From Zancudomyces culisetae HAW-14-8 (lineage: Eukaryota; Fungi; Kickxellomycota): DNA of 64,000 nucleotides. Shown in pieces: positions 22,936-34,760 of this stretch. Under the pieces are notes generated by a model, which was not told where the DNA came from, did not search any database, and saw nothing but the letters and a program-made list of their open reading frames with translations. The translations under genes and the position numbers were made by a program. Position 1 is the stretch's first letter, and each line of letters opens with the position of its first letter. The stretch covers positions 744,001-808,000 of the forward strand of contig JBNJNM010000008.1 of NCBI GenBank assembly GCA_052426225.1, given 5' to 3'.

Positions 22936-25098
22936 TGTGTTTGTGGAAGCATGTGTGTTTTTATTATTATTGTTCCTGACTTTTTTTATTTTCATGTATA
23001 TTTTCAGTGAAACCAAGAGAGAGAAGTTTGTATCGTCATTAGAAAAGGAGTGATAACTCGTATTCGCTGCCAATACACATCATTACATGTCCTACTAATT
23101 CCCAGCAAGTGAAACAGTAAAAGCAAAAATAAAGACCAACATAATAAAATTTCGAACAGAGCAACAAACACAAATAGAATTGTTTTGCATTGCTATTCGT
23201 TCTTTACCATTTTTTTTTAGCTTTGCGAGTTTAATTCCTATTTGATATAGGTAATGGAAATTAAAACTTTGATTAACACCAATAGTTTTTGCTTATTTCT
23301 GAGTTGGCGGAAAAAGCCCAAAATAAATGGTGAGAAATACTAGCCTAAACACACAAGTACTATTGGCTGAAAATTCCGGTTCAAAAAAAAAGAAAAGTTA
23401 GCTAATTGAATTTTAGACCAATAATCAGATGAGAAAGTTTTGGAGCGCAGAATTAATAAGACATTTATGGCTAAGTTGAGCAGATGGATATTAAGTTTTG
23501 CATCTGCAGGCGGAACAGCAAATAAAACAGGACAAAATGCCCTTGGTTTATGTAGAATGTCGCGGCTATAGCACACACACACTCAAGAAAAACAGGGGTG
23601 TAGAGATAGTGATTGAGGAAGGAAGCCAGATGTGATACCAATACTTTGTTTCCTGGTTCCTTTCTGTAGATATAAAAATGCGAAATGTGTCCAAAACAAC
23701 TGGGCGAGCCCATAATCTAACACTCTGCAGGAACATCTGGTATATATCATGCAAATTAAAAAGATAAAATTAAATTTGTATTAATAGCGAATGAGGAAAC
23801 GCAGAACCTTCGAGCACAGAAGATACTAAACAAAAAGAAGACAGAGAGATGTACAAGTGAGAAATAGGAGGTATGTGAATGGCTGTCCAACATGGTTTGG
23901 GGAGAGGGGAGGAGAAGTTCGAGGATTTTACCCTCCTTTTCTTTTCCTCCCTAATTTTCTCTTTCTGCCAAGAACTTGTGAACATTTCCCTTCCTCCGCA
24001 TATTTAGTGTCAACTGCAATGCGCTTGGTTTATATAGTTATAGGTGCGTAAAAGCCCAATGATACGTACGATAAAGGAGCACATTATAAGTGGTTATATT
24101 TTATTTAGTTAAGGACAAGCTACAAAACGCAAAGAAAAATAAAACAAGACCGCAACACCAAAAGTGATATCTTCTGTCATTAACTTGTATTTCTTTCAGA
24201 AAGCTATTTCTTTTTTCCTTGTATTTTTCCAAAGCATTTTTCTAATACTTGACTATAAATAGTGTTATAATAACTTTGAAAAGACCGTTTATTGTACCCA
24301 AGAGGATATCAGAGACAAGCTTTACCAACAGAACAAGGCCAAGGCAACACAGAAAAAAAAGTAAACTTCACTCTTATCTTTTTTTTTGTATTTTTACTTT
24401 AAGACCGAGGTTTTGAGAATTGGAGAAAGAGACTTTGTATTTTTCTTGTTTTCTTTGTTTGCCTTGAAAAAGTAAAAGTACATTAGCACGCACAATATAA
24501 TCTCGTAATGCAGCAAAAGACGTTTTGCAGAATTAAGAGGAGGAGGGTGGCAGCGATAGATAACATAAACTGCAACTAGAGTGTAATAAGTTGTCGAGCA
24601 TACCGATACGTGGAAAAGAAAGGATGAAACCAGAGTACATGCATTAAAGCGAAAAATATCTGGATCATATTATTTGGCGAAAAAGCGATAAAAGTAATAA
24701 AAACAAAAAAACAAAAAAAACCTGTGGCTGCAAAAGGCAGACAAGGGGAAATTTTAATATCCGGCAGAATATGCTAGAGGAGATTTTTGCCTAGTTCGCA
24801 AATCACTTTTTAAAGATACACACAAACCAGCAATTATTGCTTCTCTTTTTTTTGTTGCCGATTACAAAAAAAATTTTTATTTGCAAGACTATTTATAATT
24901 CCTTCATCCCAAATGAACGTGTTCTTTTAATTTTTTTTTTATTGGGAACAGAAAAGATTGATTTTGAAATTTAAGCTATTACAAATTTATTTTTTATAAA
25001 GTTAACAAGGCGAAAAAAAAACTGGGTATAATATAGACAAGCACAGAATTGAATTTCTAAAAGACTTCAGCTAAAGCAAAAGAGGACTCAAACGAAAA

Positions 25099-26757
25099 AT
25101 GGCAACTACAGCAGTAATGAAAAGAGGTATACTTGTGATGCCAGGTACATTTGGGCTGCTGAGGACTGCAAATGTCAAGGTAAATAATGAAGATTTTGAA
25201 GTCCTATGTTTGATGTGCCAAATATCTCACAAAGATAGCGTACCCCTAGAGTATCTATAGCTATATAATCATAACTGTAACTGCAACTTTAACTTTAACT
25301 GTAAAATAATGAAAATACAGGGATGCAGATATAAAAGTACAGAGATAAGAGGAGGAGAACCAAGGGTAGATCCAGCTGTAATATTGTATCCAAAGATACA
25401 CAGGGAAGTAGTAGTAGAAAAGAAAGAAGACTTACGAGTACAGCTTCCACCAAAGATACCAAAAGAAGTGACAAAAGGTGCAAAGGGAGAGAATGAAGAG
25501 CGGGTGCATGTGGGCGAGCAAAGAATGAAACATTTAAGTGAGAGAGTAGAAGAGGCCAGGGACAAGGCGAGCACAAGATTATTGACAAAGAGATACTCAG
25601 CAGCATTGCAGCGGGAAGAAAATTTAAGCGAAAGCGAGAAAAAACTGGCAGAAGACACACAGAATGAGATAATACGGCAGGAGATGAAAGAGCGGAAGAA
25701 GGAAAAGGAGGAGCTCCAACGAACAGCACTTAGGCAGCAGGAGACCAGGAGAAAGCTTGAGAAAATAATGCTGAAGTTTAGGGCACCAATACGATATGCA
25801 GTAGCATACGGGAGTGGAGTGTACCAGCAGCAAGGGTATACTGAAAACCATCAAAAGAAGACAATGGTAGACATGGTATTTGCGGTAACACACCCAGAGC
25901 ATTGGCACGCAATTAACATGCAGCAGCATAGAGAACATTATTCGATGATGAGTAGGATGCTAGGGTCCGCCTCTGTGAGCTTTATACAAGAAAAGTTGGG
26001 AGCAGGTGTTTATTATAATACATACGTGGAGATGGAAGGGGTACAGCTTAAATACGGTGTGATCTCTGTTGATAGTATGACGAATGATTTGCTTGGATGG
26101 ACGAGCATGTATCTGGCAGGCCGACTACACAAACCAACTCTGGTATTGCAAGACGATCCGTTTATTAGACTATGTGAGCAAGTGAATCTGGCAAATGCAG
26201 TCAGAGTGGCTTTGCTTATGTTGCCTAAAAACTTTACTGAGCGTGAGCTATTTACAACGATAGCTTCGCTTTCATATATGGGCGATTTCCGCATGATTTA
26301 TGGAGAAAACCCAAATAAAGTTCGAAACATTGTTGATGCTCAGCTGCCCTCGTTCAGAGAGTTGTATTCTGGAACCATTGAAGGATTTTCCAATCTCAAG
26401 TACATTGGCATGAACTTTTTGCAACAGGATATGGATCCTATTGTCCGTGCCAGAATGCTTTCCAAACTACCACAGCAAATTTGCACCAACACAGTGAAAC
26501 TGTACTCTCGCTCATCTGCCTACCCTTCGTCACTTTCCTCATCATCTACAACCAGCTCTGAATCTCTCTCCAACATTGACCCTGCCCTTCTTTCCGTTGT
26601 ACAGCATCCCGAACTTCTTCCTCTCTTTTTGACCAGCTCTATTCGCTCCATCGTGGCCCGCCCTGCACTAACCCAGTCTCTAAAGGGTATATATTCTGCT
26701 GGCTTCTCCAAATCTGCCTCCTATTTGTGGGACAAATTGAACAAATCAAAACTCTGA
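25099..26757 (+). CDS. TAM41: Mitochondrial phosphatidate cytidylyltransferase Tam41/Mmp37; exons 25099-25179, 25321-26757
   Basis: PIRYAVAYGSGVYQQ, KYGVIS, YLAGRLHKP and SYMGDFRMIYGENPNKVRNIV motifs; an upstream phase-0 exon supplies the basic presequence MATTAVMKRG. Confidence 0.94.
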
Positions 26758-27352
26758 ATTTATACACCTCCATTGTTCAACTATCATTTTTTTTATTTAT
26801 TTTTTTTCCTCCACTGTTGGTGTTGTATTGTAAAGTAAAGTAAGCTATATATATACTCTACCCCATTGTAACAGCATGTCTATTAAAACCTGTTGTTTCT
26901 TTAACATCCCTCAAATTTCAATTACCAGATCAACAAAAAAAAAACAAGAAAAAACTGGAATGGGTGCACAAAAAATAAGAAAGAAATCATCATTTGCATT
27001 GTCTATTTTAGCCAATGGTTTCTGTTTCACGCAATTTGTGCACCTCGAGTAGCAAATAAAACAAAACAAAAAAAAATTCAGCAATAAAAAATGTATTAAC
27101 ATTTGATTCAAAAAAAAATTTTTTTTTTCACATTTAGTGTTAACAGTGAAGCTAAGAATGGTTTTTTTTCAGCACTTAACCTACTAAGAAATATAGAAAA
27201 ATATATCAACGGGAGTGAAGGATAACAACGAGATATTTTGTTCTTCAGATAAAAAGAAATATATAGAGTAGAACAGAGTATATAGTTTATACCACCGGCA
27301 GTATCCAAACCTTAGATCAACACAAGAATATATAAAGAAATTGGGAGAAAAA

Positions 27353-28737
27353 ATGGTGGCTAGCATCGATGTAAATAGATTGGAGGTAGTTTTTTCACTT
27401 ATCCTAATGGTTTGCAAAAGCAAAATATATAAAAAGGATTTGACTAATATCAGAAAATATTGGGTGTATATAGGAGAGACTAAGGACAAACAATGATGAA
27501 TTCAATAAATTGTTGGATCTGATTCCTCCACAGCACTATATCCCTGTAGAAATCACAGTTATCGTAAGTTCATGACTTGTATTTTTTTTAACTCTGCCGA
27601 CCTCTCTCATCATTCTAAGTAGTATATGCATATAAAACGGCAAATGTCTAATCTACGGCTATAAATTAATAGAACAACAAGTACATGAAGAACACCAACA
27701 AAAAAGTTGCGGAAAATCCAAAATTCAGCAACAAAAGAAAGCTTTCACAGGTAGAACTGGGTAGACATTTGACAACCAGCGAAGTTTTTGAAGAAAATGC
27801 TAGTAAAAAATTAAAGATGACACTCGATCTAGACTTGGATGGTAGTGAAAATACCGAGCAGATCCAGGAGAATGAGAATGAGGAAGAGGAGGAAAAAGAA
27901 AAAGAAAAGGGACAAAAACAAACCCAAGAGAATTCCAACGCTAGTATTGAACAAATCCGTGAGCGACTACGACTTCGGATATTAGAATACCAAAACAAAA
28001 GAAACAAACCCCAGGTCAATGGATCAGATCCAAACTCAGTTGCTGCCGAAAAACTCAAAAAGGAGAAACGAAGCAAAGATAAAAACAAGCAGAAAGTCAA
28101 ACAGAGAAAGTCAGAGAAGATTCCATTGTTGGTTGAAGACACATCGGATAAAAACGCTGACAGGGGAGGCCTGGAATATAGTAACATTAAGCTAAACGGC
28201 AAAACCAAAACCAAACAAAGCTACCACAATAGCAACAGCATCTCCAACAAAAAGACTAAAAAAGATAGTAAATTAAATGATGCACAGATATTGGCCAGAC
28301 TTCTTGCCGAAAAACACCAGCAACAGGGAGAAATGAATGGCAAAGCCAAGCTTAACGGAAAAGGCCAGAACAATAGCGATAGCACTGTACAAGTATCAGC
28401 CGAAGACACACAACAATGGGAGGTAGCTACCAAGCGAGCCAAGGGGCTAGTGGTCAAGGACGACGTCAAAAAACTCAAACAAAGCATTAAGCGCAAGCAG
28501 AAGCGCAAGGAGAAATCCAAACGTGAATGGGAAAAGCGTAACGAAACTGTTCAAAACTCAATCAAGGAAAAACAAGCCAAGCGCATTGAAAACCTCAACA
28601 ACAGAGGTTCGTCCAACGCCTCCGGAAAACAAACTGGTGGCCATGCTAAAGGAAAAAAACAAACTAACTCCTCATCTTTTTCCCAGAAATCTCGACCTTC
28701 ACGCCCTGGCTTTGAGGGCAAAAAGACTCCATTCTAA
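27353..28737 (+). CDS. RRP14: Ribosome biogenesis protein Rrp14/SURF6; exons 27353-27385, 27474-27563, 27673-28737
   Basis: N-terminal ERLRTNNDEFNKLLDLIPPQHY (RRP14 domain) and C-terminal KRAKGLVVKDDVKKLKQSIKRKQKRKEKSKREWEKR...RPGFEGK (SURF6). Confidence 0.93.
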
Positions 28738-28803
28738 AGGGGTGCTGCTCGCTGCGTTGATTTATCGTTTTATTTGCTTTTTCAATTTTATTTTCCAATT
28801 CGT

Positions 28804-31716
28804 TCAATACACATAATATTTATTAATTTTTGTTTGTAGATTTGAATATTTCATAACCATCTCTGATCTTATTATATCCATCTCTTTCTTGTCTTTTATT
28901 TTACCAAAACTGTTTTCAATGGTTTGCAATTGGTGTTCAACTATTTTCGTTTCCAGATACAGTAGCTTGTACTCGATATATCGATTAAATGGACAACACA
29001 ACTCGATTTTTTCTTTCTTTCGCAGCACTGCTTCGTTCGCTACACCCCAATCTCCATTTCCATTTCCATCTCCATCTCCATCTCCACCACTACTATCATT
29101 ATTATTCATGTAATAGTATTTAATTTGCTTTGCACATTCATTAACCAACTTGTAATATACATGCCATCCCTCGCTTTGGCTTTGACTTTGACTTTGACTG
29201 CTGGTATAATTATATTTGCTAGTAAAATCATGTTGTGAGCTGTTATCTTTTCTGTTTTGGTTTTGATCCGAATTACCCTCAATTAGCAAAAGACATAGCT
29301 GATATAATATCTCGAATTTCAGCTGGAATATATCGTGAAACTCGTATTTATTCAGCTCAACGCTTTGTACAGATAGAAACTCGTACATGGTTGCAATACA
29401 TGATTGAACTTTTTGGTATATCTGCTTCAACTCCACAACGCGATTATAGGAATCACAACTATTCGCTTTGCTTTCAAGCGCAATATTCAGTGGCAGATAT
29501 CCTTTCAACCCCTGTGCATAATTCTGAATCGCAGCTCTAATTTTTTGCTTGACCATTCGCTCTAACTCCTTCTTATTCACATGCATGTGCTGTTTCAGTC
29601 CACCTTGTTGAGTGTACCCATCGCATTTCTCACAATACTTTATTTGTATCTCGCCATCCTCATCGTTTTCATGCTCATCATTATTGTACTCGCCACCTGT
29701 ATCGATTTTAGCTATTTGCTCACGAATAAACCTTAAAATACTACCATTTCTCACATATTCTCTGCATTTTTTATTGTTTTTCCCACCTGCGCTACTCTCC
29801 TTTCTCTCATCCCCGCTATTCTTAATACACCCACTATCTACATTTAGTCCAAGTTCGGCCCCACATCCACATACACATCCATATCCATACCCGCACCCGC
29901 ACAATACTTCTTTGTCGTTATCCTCATACAATACCATCTTCTTTTCGACTTTACAGCGCATACATGAACACTCAAATCCAAATTGCCGTTTTAGGTACTC
30001 TTGTCTCTGCTTATACCCCATTCTTATATCGATATACCCTATTGTAACTTCAGCACCACTATGTCCTCCAAGCTTTTTGTTGTTCTTTGCAGTCTTTGTG
30101 AGATAACCACCGTCACCACCAGCCTTAATAACAATCTTTTTACCCGAAAACAGCTGAATACATAATGGTGCACAACTGTGGTTGATAAATGAGCTTCTGA
30201 CAAACATCCCCAACCCATATCCACCATCGCTCTTGCGAGCATCGCCACTACTATACTTGGCACCTTTACCATCTATACCACCACGCATATTTTCTATGTA
30301 CTCACCAGTTCCATCAAATACTTGCCCATCTTTACTTATTCGCAAGCCATCCTCCATGACAAACACATTTCTTGATTTTATTATGATTTTTGCCATTTCT
30401 ATCACCTGGTCTCCCTGTGGAAATTCATAGCTTCCCATAAGTTTCTTTAGCTTAGTCAAAACCCTGACCATCTGTCTATCTCGTGAGCTGAGCATAAACG
30501 CTGCATCGCCCGTCTTTTTCTTCTGTTGCGGCCTTAAGGGTTCCTTTGAATCGTAAATATAAGCATTTCCCTCTCCTCTGTACATCAACTTCTCTACTAT
30601 TCTCGTCTTCAGCTCGTCACTATTGTTCAAATTGTCATGGTTAGTACGATCACCACCATTTTCTGAAAGTAGCACGTACTGCCTCTGCTTCATCATTGCA
30701 CGCAATAATAGCCTCAATGTTGCCTCTTCCTCCTCTGTCAGGGATAGCAACAAAGATGGCCGTGTTAGTTGCTTCTCATTCGACTGATGTCCGTTTCCTT
30801 CACTTTTGCCAACATTCACAGCCTTTGTTCCGGATTTTAACAACCGCGAGTATATTTTACACTCCATCTTGTGCTGTTCCCAATCTTGATGCTGGCATTT
30901 TATGGAGCAATAGTATATATTTTTGCAACTCGAGCATCTTTTTAGTTGCAATCCCAACGATGAATTGTTTGTACGTGTGACAGCTGAAATATCCTTATCC
31001 TTTGCGTTTTTTCGATTTTTTATGGCTCTATCATTATTTCCATTCTCATCCATATTTTCATTTATATTTATGTTTTTTTTTACTGAAACTTGACCAATTC
31101 GATAACAATTTCCGCATCTATTATGGAGACTGGATTCGTATAAAACTGATACATATGCATCTTCTTCTATTACTGTTTCTCCGCCAGTCAATATACTTGT
31201 GGTTATAACACCCCTCCCCCTACTTCTACCATATTTTTTTCCTGCTTCCTCATTGTCGAGATTTATTACTTTTAGCCGCCCACCTTTTGGAAATATTTGG
31301 TCTAAATCTGTTTCTTGAGTGCAACTTCCTGGTCCCGATCTTAGCTCTGACTCTGGACGCCAGTCTATTATCGTATTCGATGCGGATATCGAGGTTTTAT
31401 CCTCTGTTGGCTGTAACTCGTTTCTATGTATTCTCGTGTAATTAATCCTGCCACTGTCTGGATCAGCTAAATTCCTATCTCTGTTTCCTTTTTCATTTCC
31501 ATTTGAACTTGTCTCATACTTCTCGCTCCCGGATTCTTCTTCTTCGTCGCATAAATCGCTAGAAAAACTCAACGCATTGAGGTTTTTAATGGCTTTTACA
31601 TTCTTTGCTTTTGTTTTTATACCGGCCTGTCTTACCCTTTCCTTTCCTATTCGTGGGCTTTGGATTGTTTTTCCTTTTTTTAGCATCGTTTCCTCTTTGG
31701 CATTCATATCTGTCAT
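28804..31716 (-). CDS. SMYD-type SET and MYND domain lysine methyltransferase with many low-complexity insertions
   Basis: GRGVIT (SET-N), CGNC...CSSCKNIYYCSIKCQHQDWEQHKMEC (MYND), SFINHSCAP, EVTIGYID and FECSCMRC (post-SET). Confidence 0.9.
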   Translation of the reverse strand: MTDMNAKEETMLKKGKTIQSPRIGKERVRQAGIKTKAKNVKAIKNLNALSFSSDLCDEEEESGSEKYETSSNGNEKGNRDRNLADPDSGRINYTRIHRNELQPTEDKTSISASNTIIDWRPESELRSGPGSCTQETDLDQIFPKGGRLKVINLDNEEAGKKYGRSRGRGVITTSILTGGETVIEEDAYVSVLYESSLHNRCGNCYRIGQVSVKKNININENMDENGNNDRAIKNRKNAKDKDISAVTRTNNSSLGLQLKRCSSCKNIYYCSIKCQHQDWEQHKMECKIYSRLLKSGTKAVNVGKSEGNGHQSNEKQLTRPSLLLSLTEEEEATLRLLLRAMMKQRQYVLLSENGGDRTNHDNLNNSDELKTRIVEKLMYRGEGNAYIYDSKEPLRPQQKKKTGDAAFMLSSRDRQMVRVLTKLKKLMGSYEFPQGDQVIEMAKIIIKSRNVFVMEDGLRISKDGQVFDGTGEYIENMRGGIDGKGAKYSSGDARKSDGGYGLGMFVRSSFINHSCAPLCIQLFSGKKIVIKAGGDGGYLTKTAKNNKKLGGHSGAEVTIGYIDIRMGYKQRQEYLKRQFGFECSCMRCKVEKKMVLYEDNDKEVLCGCGYGYGCVCGCGAELGLNVDSGCIKNSGDERKESSAGGKNNKKCREYVRNGSILRFIREQIAKIDTGGEYNNDEHENDEDGEIQIKYCEKCDGYTQQGGLKQHMHVNKKELERMVKQKIRAAIQNYAQGLKGYLPLNIALESKANSCDSYNRVVELKQIYQKVQSCIATMYEFLSVQSVELNKYEFHDIFQLKFEILYQLCLLLIEGNSDQNQNRKDNSSQHDFTSKYNYTSSQSQSQSQSEGWHVYYKLVNECAKQIKYYYMNNNDSSGGDGDGDGNGNGDWGVANEAVLRKKEKIELCCPFNRYIEYKLLYLETKIVEHQLQTIENSFGKIKDKKEMDIIRSEMVMKYSNLQTKINKYYVY

Positions 31717-32049
31717 ATCCCCTTCCCTTTGTTTTTTACATTTCCTGTTACTTTTTTTTATTAGAAAAAATATAGCAACAATAAATTCTTTTTTGATTCA
31801 ACCACAGCATCAAACTGACAATTCCAACAAACTCAAGCATTCAAAAATCAAGCTTGAAAAGCGAAATAATAGGTTAGTTTTGATGCTTCTAATTCGCCTG
31901 TTTTTCATTTCATTTTCTTTTGGAAATAGCATTAATACAACCTAAACCAAAAAGAAACAAACGCTACATACTCTTCATTTACTCGCAGCTTGTGATCATT
32001 TTGTATTTTTATTTCTTTCTACAAGTTCTTTTTTTAAAGGCTGTATATA

Positions 32050-33226
32050 ATGTACAATCTTCCTAGAAATGACATTAGTAAAGACAAGCTTGGACCGCAT
32101 GCAGAAAATGACCCCAAAACACCAGGTTTGCCTCATCTCGCTTTACTTGACAAATACGAAACCGAGCTGTTTGAAATAAGGTAATTTAAAAAATCAATAA
32201 CGATAATGATGTTTCATTTACTTGAAGATGCTATAATAACTTGTTACAATACTTGACTGATTTTCAGACACAACATGAAGCAAATTTTGGACAAGACTGC
32301 TAAACATCACAACGACTTGGTTAATAATGTGTATATATCCAAAGAGCAACAGAAACTTGTAACGAGCTTTATATCTTATACATCTCTACTCTTTTGGGTT
32401 CGACATTGTTCTAATTTTTCTCATTTATTTTATGCAATAGATCAACAAACTTCCAGCTTTTATAGATAAGATTCAAAATTTAAAAACACAAATGGCGGTG
32501 ATAAGATTTAAAACAAGCAATCTGAAGCTTAAAGCAATGCGCATAAAAGAAGTCAAGGATAAAATCGATTTTAAATATGAACAGATATACAATACTGCAA
32601 TACCAATTGCGCAAGTTGTGACCAGCACAGAATCTATACCACCTACATCACCCAACTTTCCCGTGTCCTCTTCATTGGCCTTATCTGCTTATACTAAAGA
32701 TAGTAATCCCTCTGGTAGTGATGGAAATAATACTAAAACTGGTAACCAAGATATACACATGCCAAGCTTAAATAATGAGAATATTATCACCGATCATAAG
32801 GGTACCGGATCTGTTCCCGAGTACTTATTTTCGACACACAACTCTCTTCTTTTTTCAAGTCCCGGATGTACCAATAGTAGCATTAACCCAGGCAATATAA
32901 GTACGTCGTCTCCCATAACTGCGGACGAAGCCAGTATCGAACCCAATGTTGTAGGATCTGAAACTCCGGTTACTCTTACATCTCTAAACCAAACAAAATT
33001 ACCACTACCACTTATTTCTAAAGAAAATGATAGCGAACTCCCTGATATTGAGCCCTTACGTATAAAAACCATCACTCCATCCACTTCTTTAGCGGGTGCT
33101 AATGGAGTTGCCAGTAAAAACATACCTGATACGTCCAACAAAAACGAGCATTACCCCTCTCCTCCTCTAGTTAGTTCTGTTAAAATAAAAACCAAGCGGA
33201 AACCTCGAGTTTTAAAACTTGACTAG
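32050..33226 (+). CDS. Coiled-coil protein resembling the BLOC-1 subunit pallidin/snapin family, with a long Ser/Pro/Thr-rich tail; exons 32050-32180, 32268-32358, 32441-33226
   Basis: Three exons splice in frame. INKLPAFIDKIQNLKTQMAVIRFKTSNLKLKAMRIKE resembles my recollection of the pallidin helix (YHAKLVNIRKEMLMLHEKTSKLKKRALKLQ). Confidence 0.55.
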
Positions 33227-33530
33227 TGTCTATTTTCTTTAAGCATTTTACAACGTTATTGTGTATTTTACGCTCAGGGGTCATTGCCTTTTTCAACTGA
33301 TGCTTTTCAACATCAACCATTCGAGTAATCTTGTAAACTTACCATTGATCAAATAAATATATAGACTATTGTTATATGGGTACCCCTGTTTATTTTTTTT
33401 AATACAAGAATATATAAAAATTTATAGCGTTAAATGCCTATTGCGTTGAAATAATGCTTAAATGCTAACTAACGTAATGATATTGTATGATACTAGTGAT
33501 TCAATAAATCAATAATCGTATGAGCCTTGC

Positions 33531-34760
33531 TTAATTAAGGTCACCGAGAAGTGAAAGCGCAAGGAGTGTGATTGAGAAATATAAGGTAAAGCTGTAGTAC
33601 AGTTGTGATGAACTGGATGAGATTGTTACGACCGAGTTTACACCGATATCGAAGACTCCAATATCTCCATTATTTTCATTGCTGAGAAGCACAGCGCCGT
33701 TCTCCTGTATTCCAGTAGAATTGTATTCATTGATATTCAACGTACCTGTTTGTGCTGTTGTATTTCCGTACAAAAAGTTGGTTGTTGTTCCTGCACCAGT
33801 GACATTGTACTTTTGTGCAATCGAAGCAAGGCTGGTTCCGCTAATAAACAAGTTGTTTGTTGTCATTGCCTCAGTAAATGCAGCTCCTAAAAGTGCGTGA
33901 AGTTTTGTATTCAGCGTGGTTGCCCCGAAATACGCAAGTTTGTCGGAATCCAAACACGCCTGCCTAATCACAGCTGTGGGTACCACTGGGTAGCAGCTAT
34001 CAGTTGAGAGTGTGAGGTTTAGTGCAGTAGCTACATCTTGGCTCGTTACCGCGTTGTAGAAATCATATAAACTGACTATTTTGAAGCTTTGCATGTCACT
34101 GCCCTTGGATTTAATGTACTCCAATGCATACAACTTTGTCTTTAGGTTCACTGCATTTACATAGTTGCTGAAGTTCTGAATATTTTGGGTGCTGAATCTC
34201 TGTGCATCTGGCATTTTGCTAAGGTCCTGGATATCTGTTAATACCAGGTTCCTATAGCCAAGCGAATACACCTGATCCACAAACGTCATTATTCCTAGAG
34301 ATACAATGTCTACAAACGTTGAGTTTACAGTGCTTGAAGCATAAGGTAAAATTGACATGTACAGGTCATTAAATCCCAACTGAATAACTGCGATATCGTT
34401 TTTAAGCATTGTCGAGTTATAGTCATTACCAAAAGCGCTTTTGAAATTGTTTATTTGGTTGAATGCGTCTGTGTACTGGATGTTGTTAGAATCATTCGCC
34501 AAAAAATTGGTTATGTTTGCTATTGAACCTGGGAGTGCAAAATTTAATAGCGTGTAGCCATTATAATATACAGCGTATTCGTTCCATATTGGTCCATTTG
34601 AAGGGCGACCATACCACGTTGGAAAGTCAAAGGAGTATGTCAAATTATTTCCTATATCCGATGTCTGATCTCCAAATATTACAAGGTTCGAGCTCGCATT
34701 GACAGCTACCCTTGCTAATAACACGAATAGTGACACTAATTTTTTGCCGCTATATATCAT
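33531..34760 (-). CDS. Secreted, probably GPI-anchored GDSL/SGNH-fold (thermolabile-hemolysin-like) protein lacking catalytic residues, copy 1
   Basis: Signal peptide, LVIFGDQTSDIGN, GRPSNGPIWNEY, QLGFNDL, and a Ser-rich then hydrophobic C-terminus; ATG at 34760. Confidence 0.88.
   Translation of the reverse strand: MIYSGKKLVSLFVLLARVAVNASSNLVIFGDQTSDIGNNLTYSFDFPTWYGRPSNGPIWNEYAVYYNGYTLLNFALPGSIANITNFLANDSNNIQYTDAFNQINNFKSAFGNDYNSTMLKNDIAVIQLGFNDLYMSILPYASSTVNSTFVDIVSLGIMTFVDQVYSLGYRNLVLTDIQDLSKMPDAQRFSTQNIQNFSNYVNAVNLKTKLYALEYIKSKGSDMQSFKIVSLYDFYNAVTSQDVATALNLTLSTDSCYPVVPTAVIRQACLDSDKLAYFGATTLNTKLHALLGAAFTEAMTTNNLFISGTSLASIAQKYNVTGAGTTTNFLYGNTTAQTGTLNINEYNSTGIQENGAVLLSNENNGDIGVFDIGVNSVVTISSSSSQLYYSFTLYFSITLLALSLLGDLN

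Noticed and set aside
27666-28520. Long antisense ORFs over RRP14 (also over TAM41, SMYD, the La-motif gene and PPR)
   Set aside because: These are shadows of biased, low-complexity sense-strand coding sequence, and their translations are F/L/S-rich with no motifs.
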